Below, one piece after another: positions 44,166-52,358 of a stretch of DNA of 64,000 nucleotides. The position numbers and the translations under genes are program-made. Each line of letters starts with the position of its first letter. Within the stretch, counting starts at the first letter, position 1. The stretch covers positions 1 to 64,000 of the IMG/VR virus record IMGVR_UViG_3300027742_000009; one strand, written 5' to 3'. The stretch is from a virus. Below the pieces are notes generated by a model. The model searched no databases and was not told where the DNA came from. It worked only from the letters and a program-made list of their open reading frames with translations.

Positions 44166-45107
44166 ATGAGAATTCTTGTAACTGGTGGAGCTGGATTTAT
44201 TGGCAAGTCCCTATGTAGAAGACTGCTTAAAGAAGGACATGAAGTTTGTAGTCTTGATATAGTCGAAAGCACAATTAAACATAGAAACTTTACATCTTTA
44301 ATCGGTGACATTACAAACCCTAAATATATTGACCCAGATTATGGGGGATTAGAACTTTGGAGAGACGTGGATTTCTGTTTTCATCTGGCGGCTATGGCAA
44401 ACGTTGATGAAGTTAGAGAACACCGAGATAAAGCTTTCCGAGTAAACTTGTATGGAACATTCAATATTATTGAAGCTTGCAGAAAAATGAATATCCCATT
44501 AGCTTATATTAGTACAGCATGTGTATATGGGCATACTAAACAACACCCTTCAACTGAAGATGGACCAACATTACCAGTTGATTGGTATGGAGTAACCAAA
44601 CGTGCTGGAGAAGAACTTGTTAAAGGATTACTAAACCGATATGTAATATTACGTTTTGGAACTACATTAGGAGCTGAAATGAGACCCGCCTTATGTACCC
44701 ATATCTTTCTTAAAGTCGCAATAAACAAAGAAGCTTTTCCAATTAGGGGAACTGGAAAACAAACTCGTAATTGGATTTACATTGACGACCTTGTTGACGG
44801 TTGTGTTAAAGCGATGGAACATTGCACAAGTGGATGTCACCTTTGCGAGAAAGACACGTTTAATCTTGTGGGTCAACCTTCTTATTCAGTTAAAGACTTA
44901 GCTCATATATGCCAACAAATAGTAAATAAGAGAGTGGCTATAACAATTGATAAGTTACCAGCTAGACCAGATGATGTTATGAGGGAAGATATTAGTATTA
45001 AAAAAGCACAAGACTTATTAGGTTGGTCGCCTAAAGTTAAGTTACAAGAAGCGTTAGTAAGAATTTATAAGGAGTGGATGAAAGATGGAAGAAAAGGAAA
45101 ACGATAA
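44166..45107 (+). CDS. NAD-dependent nucleotide-sugar epimerase/dehydratase (SDR)
   Basis: ILVTGGAGFIGKSL Rossmann motif and YGVTKRAGE (YxxxK). Confidence 0.85.
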   Translation: MRILVTGGAGFIGKSLCRRLLKEGHEVCSLDIVESTIKHRNFTSLIGDITNPKYIDPDYGGLELWRDVDFCFHLAAMANVDEVREHRDKAFRVNLYGTFNIIEACRKMNIPLAYISTACVYGHTKQHPSTEDGPTLPVDWYGVTKRAGEELVKGLLNRYVILRFGTTLGAEMRPALCTHIFLKVAINKEAFPIRGTGKQTRNWIYIDDLVDGCVKAMEHCTSGCHLCEKDTFNLVGQPSYSVKDLAHICQQIVNKRVAITIDKLPARPDDVMREDISIKKAQDLLGWSPKVKLQEALVRIYKEWMKDGRKGKR

Positions 45108-45216
45108 CATTATAACTTGTCCAAGATGTGGTTATGCTGTATTACGTAAGGACATGAAATTGTTCGGAAATAAATGTCCTCGTTGTGGAACGTGCATTGC
45201 CTGTGATAGTGTTTAA
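45085..45216 (+). CDS. small zinc-ribbon protein (43 aa)
   Basis: Hand translation MEEKENDNIITCPRCGYAVLRKDMKLFGNKCPRCGTCIACDSV. Confidence 0.4.
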   Translation: MEEKENDNIITCPRCGYAVLRKDMKLFGNKCPRCGTCIACDSV

Positions 45217-45217
45217 A

Positions 45218-45484
45218 ATGAAAAAAATTAAACAAGCAAAATCAATGGGACATAAAAGTAAGGGGACACATGGGTCACTTTCCAAGGCTGGTCGTATTAG
45301 AGGAGAAAATCCCACGCAGTTCGTTAAGGATGAACGTGGAAATTTTAAGAGGGATAAGAAAGGAAGGAAAATTAGATTAGGCAAGAAACATAGTTGTCCG
45401 ATAGTGGCAAACCGTCATAGATACAAGAAGTTGATGGAGAAACCTAAAAGAGATTTTGAACGAATGAGAAGAGGTTTTAAGTAA
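45218..45484 (+). CDS. ribosomal protein eS30 (S30e)-like basic protein
   Basis: THGSLSKAGRIRGENP matches the recalled eS30 signature VHGSLARAGKVRGQTP; downstream KKGRK..NRHRYKK resembles the basic eS30 tail. ATG 45218 is in frame within track ORF 45185-45484. Confidence 0.5.
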   Translation: MKKIKQAKSMGHKSKGTHGSLSKAGRIRGENPTQFVKDERGNFKRDKKGRKIRLGKKHSCPIVANRHRYKKLMEKPKRDFERMRRGFK

Positions 45485-45525
45485 ATGTATCTAATGACAG
45501 AAAAATTTATAAGGGGGGAATCGCC

Positions 45526-45852
45526 ATGTGTTTGATGATAATGGAAGTTATTCGCTTTAACACTTGGGATGCCTTCAGCAGAGCATATCTTAGGGTTGTA
45601 ACTAATTATGGAGATACGCCAATTCATGGACAAATTTATTTGCCAGCTCATTACACGTTTAAGTCATGGGATGAATTTCATATAGCAGTAAAAGAAATTA
45701 GGAAACTTGGAGAAAAAATAAGTAAACAAGTACGTTTGTCTTCTCCCAATTTGAAAGCTGGATTTCCAGATAGTAATGAGAATGATGCTTTGCCTAGTGT
45801 ATATGGCGAAATTTATGTGGAAATAACTGACCCTTGGATTAGAAGGTGGTAG
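45526..45852 (+). CDS. hypothetical protein
   Basis: 108-aa ORF preceded by AAGGGGGG. Confidence 0.4.
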   Translation: MCLMIMEVIRFNTWDAFSRAYLRVVTNYGDTPIHGQIYLPAHYTFKSWDEFHIAVKEIRKLGEKISKQVRLSSPNLKAGFPDSNENDALPSVYGEIYVEITDPWIRRW

Positions 45853-46127
45853 AAACGAGTAAGTTAACTGTGGTTGATTGTTGGGCGGTTTGGTGTAGTC
45901 CATGTCGTGTAATGGATGCTTCTTTAGCTAGTGTTAGAGAGAAGTATCAGCAAGTAGAATTTGTTAAAGTTAATGTTGGAGAAAACACAGAGTTCGCAAA
46001 TAAACATAATATAGTTGGTATTCCCACTTTATTGTTTATGAAAGATAGAAAAGAAGTTGGTAGAATAGTGGGGGCAGTTACATCTTATATTATAGAAGCT
46101 GAAATACAAAATTATTTGGGTGACTAA
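45846..46127 (+). CDS. thioredoxin
   Basis: WCSPC active site and the cis-Pro context VGIPTLLF; 93 aa. Confidence 0.8.
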   Translation: MVETSKLTVVDCWAVWCSPCRVMDASLASVREKYQQVEFVKVNVGENTEFANKHNIVGIPTLLFMKDRKEVGRIVGAVTSYIIEAEIQNYLGD

Positions 46128-46130
46128 ACA

Positions 46131-46478
46131 ATGAAGAAAGATTTAGAGTCTGCTTTGAAACGTAGAAAGGAAATGTTTGAGAAACGACTTGAAATACGAA
46201 AGAAGAAATGTCATGATTACGCTGGAGAAAAGAATGTTTATCAGAACTTTGAACGGGTAGCAAGACTTATTAAGGAACTTAATATTGATGTAACAACCAG
46301 TTGGGGATGTTGTCTCTTCTATGTTATATTAAAGCTTGACCGAACATGTAACTTGCTTTTCTCTGGTAAAGGTAAACCTAAATGTGAAAGTTTAATGGAT
46401 ACGGTAGCTATTGACTTACCTAACTACATTGACCTTTTAGACGAATTACTTTGGGTTAACGGGTTTTACGAAGAATAG
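46131..46478 (+). CDS. DUF1599-like protein
   Basis: KKCHDYAGEKNVYQNFERVARL...ILKLDRTCNL resembles the K.DYg...nF...dK..R pattern of DUF1599. Confidence 0.35.
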   Translation: MKKDLESALKRRKEMFEKRLEIRKKKCHDYAGEKNVYQNFERVARLIKELNIDVTTSWGCCLFYVILKLDRTCNLLFSGKGKPKCESLMDTVAIDLPNYIDLLDELLWVNGFYEE

Positions 46479-46483
46479 AAACA

Positions 46484-46491
46484 CTTATATC
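46484..46491 (+). promoter_or_regulatory. TATA-like box upstream of the portal gene
   Basis: AAACACTTATATC lies 25-32 nt upstream of ATG 46516, implying a short or absent leader. A second TTTATATC lies at 46503-46510. Confidence 0.3.
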
Positions 46492-46515
46492 TATGTTCCT
46501 TCTTTATATCATTAG

Positions 46516-49500
46516 ATGATTAAATTGAAGATTCCAGAAGTTTTTAAAGGAAAAAAGAAGAATAAAAAGGAAAAACCAAGTAGAACTGAAGAAGGACATA
46601 AAGTTATTGCAGAGAAAAAAGCAAAAAGGGAACAGCGTGAACAAGCTCAATTAAAACTTGAAGGTGACGCTAAAGAGTTTTTTGAAGTTAAAGCTGAAGA
46701 AACTGGAATGTCAGTTCCCGAAGTCATTAATAAAGTAATAGAAAACGATGTTATGCTTATAGAATTTAATGAAACAACTGGAAAAGCAAGTTTAGTCTTT
46801 AAGTCTTGGGCTTCCCCTTCAACAACACTTGGAGAAAACCAACCGTTATCACAAAAAATAATTAGTGAGTTTCGTAAACTAAGAGAAAACTTTGCTCCAG
46901 TATCGGCTGGAATAGAATGGCATAGAGACTTCACTTGTTATGATAAAGAAACAGAAGTTTTAACTGAAGATGGCTGGAAGTTATTCAAAGATTTAAATGA
47001 TGGTGACAAAGTTGCAACATTGAATTCTAATGGTGAATTAGAATATCAAAAACCTTTGAGACGAATGACCTATGATTATAATGGGAGATTGTGGAAATTC
47101 AAAAATCAACAAATAGATTTACTTGTAACGCCAAACCATAAAATCTTGAGAAGAACTGTTGGGAGAGACAGATTTAATAAATCGTTTGAATTGATGAAGG
47201 TTACTGATGTTATACAATATCAGAAAACAGAAATGAAAAAGAACGCAAAATGGAATGGAGAAGATATTGAATTTCATATCCCAATAACTATAAAGAGAAC
47301 ATCTGATGTAATAAAAGACAATATAGACTTGAATGATTGGCTTGAGTTCTTTGGCTATTGGCTATCAGAAGGCTCTGCTACTGCAAAATCAAATGATTAT
47401 GTTATTAAGATTTCACAAAGCAAAAAAGTCCATCCTAAGACTTATGAAAAAATACGAAAATGTATAGAAAGACTAGGATATAATTATTATGCAAACGAGA
47501 AGTATTTTACTATTTCCAATAAACAACTCTATCTTTATCTTAACCAATTTGGTAAATCATGGCAAAAATTCATTCCCAAAGAAATAAAACAATTACCACA
47601 AGAAAAGTTAGGTATTCTTTATAATGCTCTTATTGATGGAGATGGAGTTCGATATAAAGATACAAATGGATATAGTTCAACATCTAAACGTTTGATTGAT
47701 GATATGCAAGAAATTCTATTAAAACTTGGATTTGCTGGTAATATACATTCATGCCCAATGAGAGATTCTTATATAAAAGGACGAAAAGTCATAGCAAAAC
47801 ATCAACGTTATAGAATATTTGAGATTGATTATCGGGGGTTAACTCCAGTTATTTTGAGAAAGGATATTGAACCAATCCATTATAATGGAAAAATATATTC
47901 TTGTGAAGTACCTAACCATATATTATATGTAAGACGTAATGGTACTCCAATATGGTCTGGCAATAGTGGCGGTGGCTTTATTGTTCAAACAAACGACCCG
48001 AATGACAAGCATAAAATTATGACTCGTGACGAAGTTAAACAGTTTTGTAGAGATGTTTATCAAGACCAATATACAACTGGTTTAGATAATATTTTGGATA
48101 TTATGATGGATACTGCTTTAACTGATGGTTGTTCAGCCGCAGAAATAGTTTATGATGAAGAAGTAGAATTTATGGATTATGTTAGCGGATTTGAAAACGT
48201 GGTTATGAAAGATAAGGAAGGAAAAGATAAAGTAGTTAAAGTTATGACTCCTAAAGAACCAGATTGGCATGGAACTCTTAAACGAATAACACGTCTTAAA
48301 ATTATAGATGATGCATATAATAGGTTACGTCCATATCGTCACCCGAAGAGTGGTGAAGTATTATTTTGGAGTTTAGATGAGAAAGTTAAAAGTGAATGGA
48401 CAAATAAAAAAACGATAGCTAAAAACAGTATTAAGTTTCATCCTTGGGAGATTTTCTGGTTAAGCTGGAATCAACGTGGAACAAACCTTAAAGGAATGAG
48501 TCTTATTCAACCAGTTTATACCATAGCAAAGTTTGTTCAAGCAATACAAAAAGCTGTTGGAGTAGGCTTTAATCGTTGGGCAAACAAGAAATACTTTTTT
48601 GTGTTAGGAACTGAAAAGCGTCCTTGGAGTAAACCAGCTCAAACAGCATTTTTAAAAGCTATGGGACAAATGATAAAAAACAATTATATTGGTATTCCAG
48701 TTCCAGCAGGATTTGACATTAAAAATATTGGTGGAGAAGGAACAGTTTTTGAAGGACAAAACCTTCTTAACTATTTAACTGGACAAATCTGTACGGGCAT
48801 GCAATATCCTAGAGAATTTCTGGAAGTTGGTAAAGGAACTCAATCAGCAAGTAGTAGTTCATGGTTGGCATGGACTGTTCGTTACGGTAGAAATCAACGT
48901 CAAGTTAAAAGAGCTATTGAACAACAATTGTTTAAACGTCAATTATGGTGTTTACACGGTAAGAAATATCGTGTGTCAAAGAAGGGTGTTCCAAGAACTG
49001 AACAAGAACAAAGGGATGTATATATTCCTAAGTTGCAATGGCGTGCTGAAGGACGTTGGCACAGAGAAAGAAAAATGGAGTTGTTAACTAGCACTTTAAA
49101 CGTTGCTAATCCAGCAGACCCACCGTTAAAGCTTGGTGTAGAAAAGCTTATGTGTGACATTCTAGGACTTGGAGAACTTGATTGGGAAACTACTATTAAA
49201 CTTCACGAAATAAGAACTGAATCTCAACTGCTTGAGGCTAAACTTAACAAGTTAACTGCTGAAGCTAAATTGAAAGAAGCTGAAGAGTTAGGTGTTGAGG
49301 GACTTTTAAAGAGACTTAAAGAACGAGAAAAAGCTAAGTTGGCTCAACCAGTTGGAGAGAAACCAGTTAAAGTTCCAACTGAAGAAGAATTGACTCGTAG
49401 AGGAGAAGAACGATTGGCTGGTGGAGTAAGTCGTACTGATAGGGGTGCTCCAACACAGAAGGGTAAAGCTAGACCTATGGGTGGAACTAGAGAACCTAAA

Positions 49501-50049
49501 CGTGTTGCGGAAACTATTCCACAATTACCGAACATTACGATTGTTCAGTATCCAAAAGAATTAACGGAGTCAATGATGGAAACAGAGAAGATTAAACAAG
49601 AGAAGATTAAAGCTGAATTTGAGAGACAACAGAAGAAGATAGAAATGCTTGATGAGTTGGAAGAAAGAATGAAGAAAAAGAAGAAGTTGATTAGAAAAGA
49701 AGAATCTAAACCATTACCTTTCGTAAGTACTGGCAGACCATTTCCAATAAAGGAGAAACCTAAGTCAGAACCACAAAAGGTCAAATTGGATATTAACGTG
49801 AAATCTGAACCAGTTAAAACTGAAGTTGACGTGAATGTTAAGTCGCCTAAAGAAATTGAAGAAACTAAACAGAAGGCTAAGGCTGAATTGGAACTTATTA
49901 AACAGAGGAAAGTGTTCTTGGAAACCCAGAAGGAAATGTTAGAGGAAGAAAAGAAAGAGAAGGAGAAAGAGAAGTTGGCTAAGAAGAAGTTGCGTGAACG
50001 TAAAAAGAAGGTTCTGGAGAAGATAGAAAAGAAGGTTGAGGAAAAATGA
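46516..50049 (+). CDS. portal protein candidate interrupted by an intein, with a long Glu/Lys-rich C-terminal extension
   Basis: 1177 aa, about 834 aa after intein removal. It is the only portal-sized structural ORF in a window containing terL and the capsid gene. The portal assignment itself is by size and context only. Confidence 0.5.
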   Translation: MIKLKIPEVFKGKKKNKKEKPSRTEEGHKVIAEKKAKREQREQAQLKLEGDAKEFFEVKAEETGMSVPEVINKVIENDVMLIEFNETTGKASLVFKSWASPSTTLGENQPLSQKIISEFRKLRENFAPVSAGIEWHRDFTCYDKETEVLTEDGWKLFKDLNDGDKVATLNSNGELEYQKPLRRMTYDYNGRLWKFKNQQIDLLVTPNHKILRRTVGRDRFNKSFELMKVTDVIQYQKTEMKKNAKWNGEDIEFHIPITIKRTSDVIKDNIDLNDWLEFFGYWLSEGSATAKSNDYVIKISQSKKVHPKTYEKIRKCIERLGYNYYANEKYFTISNKQLYLYLNQFGKSWQKFIPKEIKQLPQEKLGILYNALIDGDGVRYKDTNGYSSTSKRLIDDMQEILLKLGFAGNIHSCPMRDSYIKGRKVIAKHQRYRIFEIDYRGLTPVILRKDIEPIHYNGKIYSCEVPNHILYVRRNGTPIWSGNSGGGFIVQTNDPNDKHKIMTRDEVKQFCRDVYQDQYTTGLDNILDIMMDTALTDGCSAAEIVYDEEVEFMDYVSGFENVVMKDKEGKDKVVKVMTPKEPDWHGTLKRITRLKIIDDAYNRLRPYRHPKSGEVLFWSLDEKVKSEWTNKKTIAKNSIKFHPWEIFWLSWNQRGTNLKGMSLIQPVYTIAKFVQAIQKAVGVGFNRWANKKYFFVLGTEKRPWSKPAQTAFLKAMGQMIKNNYIGIPVPAGFDIKNIGGEGTVFEGQNLLNYLTGQICTGMQYPREFLEVGKGTQSASSSSWLAWTVRYGRNQRQVKRAIEQQLFKRQLWCLHGKKYRVSKKGVPRTEQEQRDVYIPKLQWRAEGRWHRERKMELLTSTLNVANPADPPLKLGVEKLMCDILGLGELDWETTIKLHEIRTESQLLEAKLNKLTAEAKLKEAEELGVEGLLKRLKEREKAKLAQPVGEKPVKVPTEEELTRRGEERLAGGVSRTDRGAPTQKGKARPMGGTREPKRVAETIPQLPNITIVQYPKELTESMMETEKIKQEKIKAEFERQQKKIEMLDELEERMKKKKKLIRKEESKPLPFVSTGRPFPIKEKPKSEPQKVKLDINVKSEPVKTEVDVNVKSPKEIEETKQKAKAELELIKQRKVFLETQKEMLEEEKKEKEKEKLAKKKLRERKKKVLEKIEKKVEEK
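46936..47964 (+). mobile_element. intein with LAGLIDADG homing endonuclease domain (343 aa)
   Basis: Starts at Cys141 (FT|CYDKETEVLTEDGW). Block B TPNH. LAGLIDADG blocks LEFFGYWLSEGS and LYNALIDGDGV. Ends IYSCEVPNHILYVRRNGTPIWSGN|S, a terminal Asn followed by a +1 Ser. Confidence 0.8.
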
Positions 50050-50198
50050 GAAAGTTTAAGTATGCACCCAAATCTATTCCACTATTAACGGAAGAACAAT
50101 GGAAAATGTTAGAGGAAGAAATGCAAAAACCAATGATGGATAAAGAAAAGGAAATATGGCGTAGAGTAAAAAGAAGAAGGGATAAAGATGAGAGTTAG
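50046..50198 (+). CDS. small basic protein (50 aa)
   Basis: ATGA overlap with the portal stop. Reads MRKFKYAPKSIPLLTEEQWKMLEEEMQKP... Confidence 0.3.
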   Translation: MRKFKYAPKSIPLLTEEQWKMLEEEMQKPMMDKEKEIWRRVKRRRDKDES

Positions 50199-50295
50199 TT
50201 GTACTGATGGATATGTGGCAGATGTTTGTTTTGGTTGTGGAAAAAATACAGCGGTTGAAGATAAACATAGGTTTGTTTGGAGTGAAGGAAAATGA
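50188..50295 (+). CDS. small Cys-containing peptide (35 aa)
   Basis: MRVSCTDGYVADVCFGCGKNT...; its stop overlaps ATG 50292. Confidence 0.25.
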   Translation: MRVSCTDGYVADVCFGCGKNTAVEDKHRFVWSEGK

Positions 50296-50648
50296 GTAAG
50301 AGTGATATGCAATTTATTGGTAATATAGAGTTGTATGAAGATGAGAAACTGCTTAAACCTTTAGTGAAGGATTCGGAAGGAAGACCTTTACTGAAGATTC
50401 CAATTGTTAATGCTGGAGAAACACGAACTGTTGAGTTTTACATTGTTAATCGTAGTGAACACAAGTTTGAATTGGAAGAAGTTAGTAATGCTGATGCAGA
50501 CGTATTGTTTAAGTTTGATAAGGAAATATTAGAGAAAGACCAGCCAGTTATGGTGGAAGTTACTTTTGCTCCTAAACCTGAACGGGCAAGCGTGTTAGAT
50601 GCTGGATTCAAAATTAAAGGACGTTTTGTAGTGGAAGAATGGGTTTAA
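50292..50648 (+). CDS. small beta-sandwich-like protein, paralogue A
   Basis: Collinear similarity to 52359-52706 (G-E...V..Y..N ... D-x-D ... F-x-P ... LDA-x-F...GR). Confidence 0.45.
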   Translation: MSKSDMQFIGNIELYEDEKLLKPLVKDSEGRPLLKIPIVNAGETRTVEFYIVNRSEHKFELEEVSNADADVLFKFDKEILEKDQPVMVEVTFAPKPERASVLDAGFKIKGRFVVEEWV

Positions 50649-50659
50649 GGTGACTTATA

Positions 50660-52309
50660 TTGGTCTTGATAGATTCTTGTATAGTTGGGTCAACCAGCAT
50701 TCTCGCTACATGGAATACTTATCCAAATAATGTTAATTCTCCAAGTGCTAGAGGACAAACTTTTGAAACAGATGGTGGTTGTTACAAGTTAACTTCTTGT
50801 CAGTTTGAACTCAAAAAAACGGGTAATCCAAATGGCACCATGAAGGCAAGACTATATAAAATGACAGCTAATGATTTGGGGGATGGTGGTAAACCTTCGA
50901 ATGATGTATTTCCTACCATTACTACTCCTTTAGCGGTTAGTGACCCAGTTGACATTGCCGTTTTAACTGGAGTATTGCAATGGATTACATTTACTTTCTC
51001 TGGAGCAGAACAATATGAATTGGAAGCTAACACTTGCTACTGTATATGTTGGATGCCTGAAACTGGAAGTTTTTTGGATGAAGATAATTATATCCAGCAT
51101 TCTGGATGTGTTGCAAGTGTTTGTGAAGGAAACGGTTTTCTTTATCAAAATGGACAATGGGGTGGATATACCGCTCCTGACACAAAGGATAGAAACTTCA
51201 AGATATATGGAGATGTAATAGCTTGCGAAGAAGACCTTTGTGGTCCCCTCATAAACAGTTACGATGAAACTCATCACGATAATAGTATTGATATAAAGAG
51301 AAGTTATTATTGTCATGACGTTGGAAAAGTTTGTGCTGTTGGTCAATGTTTTAAAACTCCAATGGGACAAAGGTATGAACCTTGTTCCGCAAAATTTTAT
51401 TTGAGGAGAAAAGGACAGCCAACTGGTATGTTATGGGTGAATTTCTACGAGATTGATGGAACATGCGGAACAGATTGCATACCACTTGGAGAGGGAGACG
51501 ACAATATAATATGTCAGACCAATTGGATTGATGCTATGAGTATTGCGAATACTTTCACGTTATATGAGTTTAATGTTATTAAAGGTTGTGCTTGTCTCGA
51601 AGCAAACAAATGTTATGGTGTTGCGGTGATAGGATGGGGTGGTTTTGACGATAATAATCTTATAGAGGTTGGTATAGAGAAGGTGGGTTCTCATGCTGGA
51701 AACACGTTTTACTATACTACTAGGGGAGTGGGTGGTAGCGGTTGGGTTGTGGCTCCTCAAACCGATACTATCTTCTATGTTTATGGAATTCCATGTGGAA
51801 GTGCACATGAAGGTGGTGATGCACCAGTCGCAGTTAGTAAAGCTGAACAAGAAGGTCCACGAAAGATTATTTGGTATAACACGGAACATTTAGTTTTGCA
51901 TACTCATAGTTCACTTGGAAAGAATATTGAGAAGCCTTGTTGGATACGAGGTTTTATTGGGCGACTTGCACAGCCTATTGTAGTTGTGGTTAAGGCTGGC
52001 TTGGGCATTCCAGCATTCTTTGAAACAGTTGTTAAAGCTGGAATAAAAAGGGCTTATGAAGAAACATTGCATCTTCAAAGTAAACTGGGAATTAAATATG
52101 CTGAAACTTTAGTTATGAAAGAAGACGTTAGAGGATACCTTTTAGCACAAAAAGTAGTAATGAAGAACTTTCAAGAATCTCTTATAAACTTTATGGAATC
52201 GCTTTCTAAGAAGCAATATGAAGCAAAGAAAGATATGGAACTTCATAAGAAGAAACAGAAAAAGAAAGATAAACTTCGTGAATTATATGAAGATACTAAA
52301 GATGTTTAA
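50660..52309 (+). CDS. virion surface/fibre-like protein with internal domain duplication and a C-terminal repeat tail
   Basis: Two copies of a GQxFxT...LEANxCY domain; the C-terminus carries FFET/YEET/YAET/FQES repeats. Confidence 0.45.
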   Translation: MVLIDSCIVGSTSILATWNTYPNNVNSPSARGQTFETDGGCYKLTSCQFELKKTGNPNGTMKARLYKMTANDLGDGGKPSNDVFPTITTPLAVSDPVDIAVLTGVLQWITFTFSGAEQYELEANTCYCICWMPETGSFLDEDNYIQHSGCVASVCEGNGFLYQNGQWGGYTAPDTKDRNFKIYGDVIACEEDLCGPLINSYDETHHDNSIDIKRSYYCHDVGKVCAVGQCFKTPMGQRYEPCSAKFYLRRKGQPTGMLWVNFYEIDGTCGTDCIPLGEGDDNIICQTNWIDAMSIANTFTLYEFNVIKGCACLEANKCYGVAVIGWGGFDDNNLIEVGIEKVGSHAGNTFYYTTRGVGGSGWVVAPQTDTIFYVYGIPCGSAHEGGDAPVAVSKAEQEGPRKIIWYNTEHLVLHTHSSLGKNIEKPCWIRGFIGRLAQPIVVVVKAGLGIPAFFETVVKAGIKRAYEETLHLQSKLGIKYAETLVMKEDVRGYLLAQKVVMKNFQESLINFMESLSKKQYEAKKDMELHKKKQKKKDKLRELYEDTKDV

Positions 52310-52317
52310 TAAAAACA

Positions 52318-52325
52318 TTTATATA
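52318..52325 (+). promoter_or_regulatory. archaeal-type TATA box (TTTATATA)
   Basis: AAAAACATTTATATATT lies 34 nt upstream of TTG 52359; AGGTG at 52348-52352. Confidence 0.4.
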
Positions 52326-52358
52326 TTGGTGTTAGCATAGTTAATTAAGGTGTAGATA

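Noticed and set aside
35110-45107. Interpreting the glycan island as host chromosome adjacent to a provirus end
   Set aside because: The island is flanked on both sides by viral genes (capsid, RadA and methylase upstream; portal and fibres downstream). It shares the same tight gene packing and strand, with no integrase, tRNA or direct repeats at its borders. A chimeric assembly cannot be excluded without read data.
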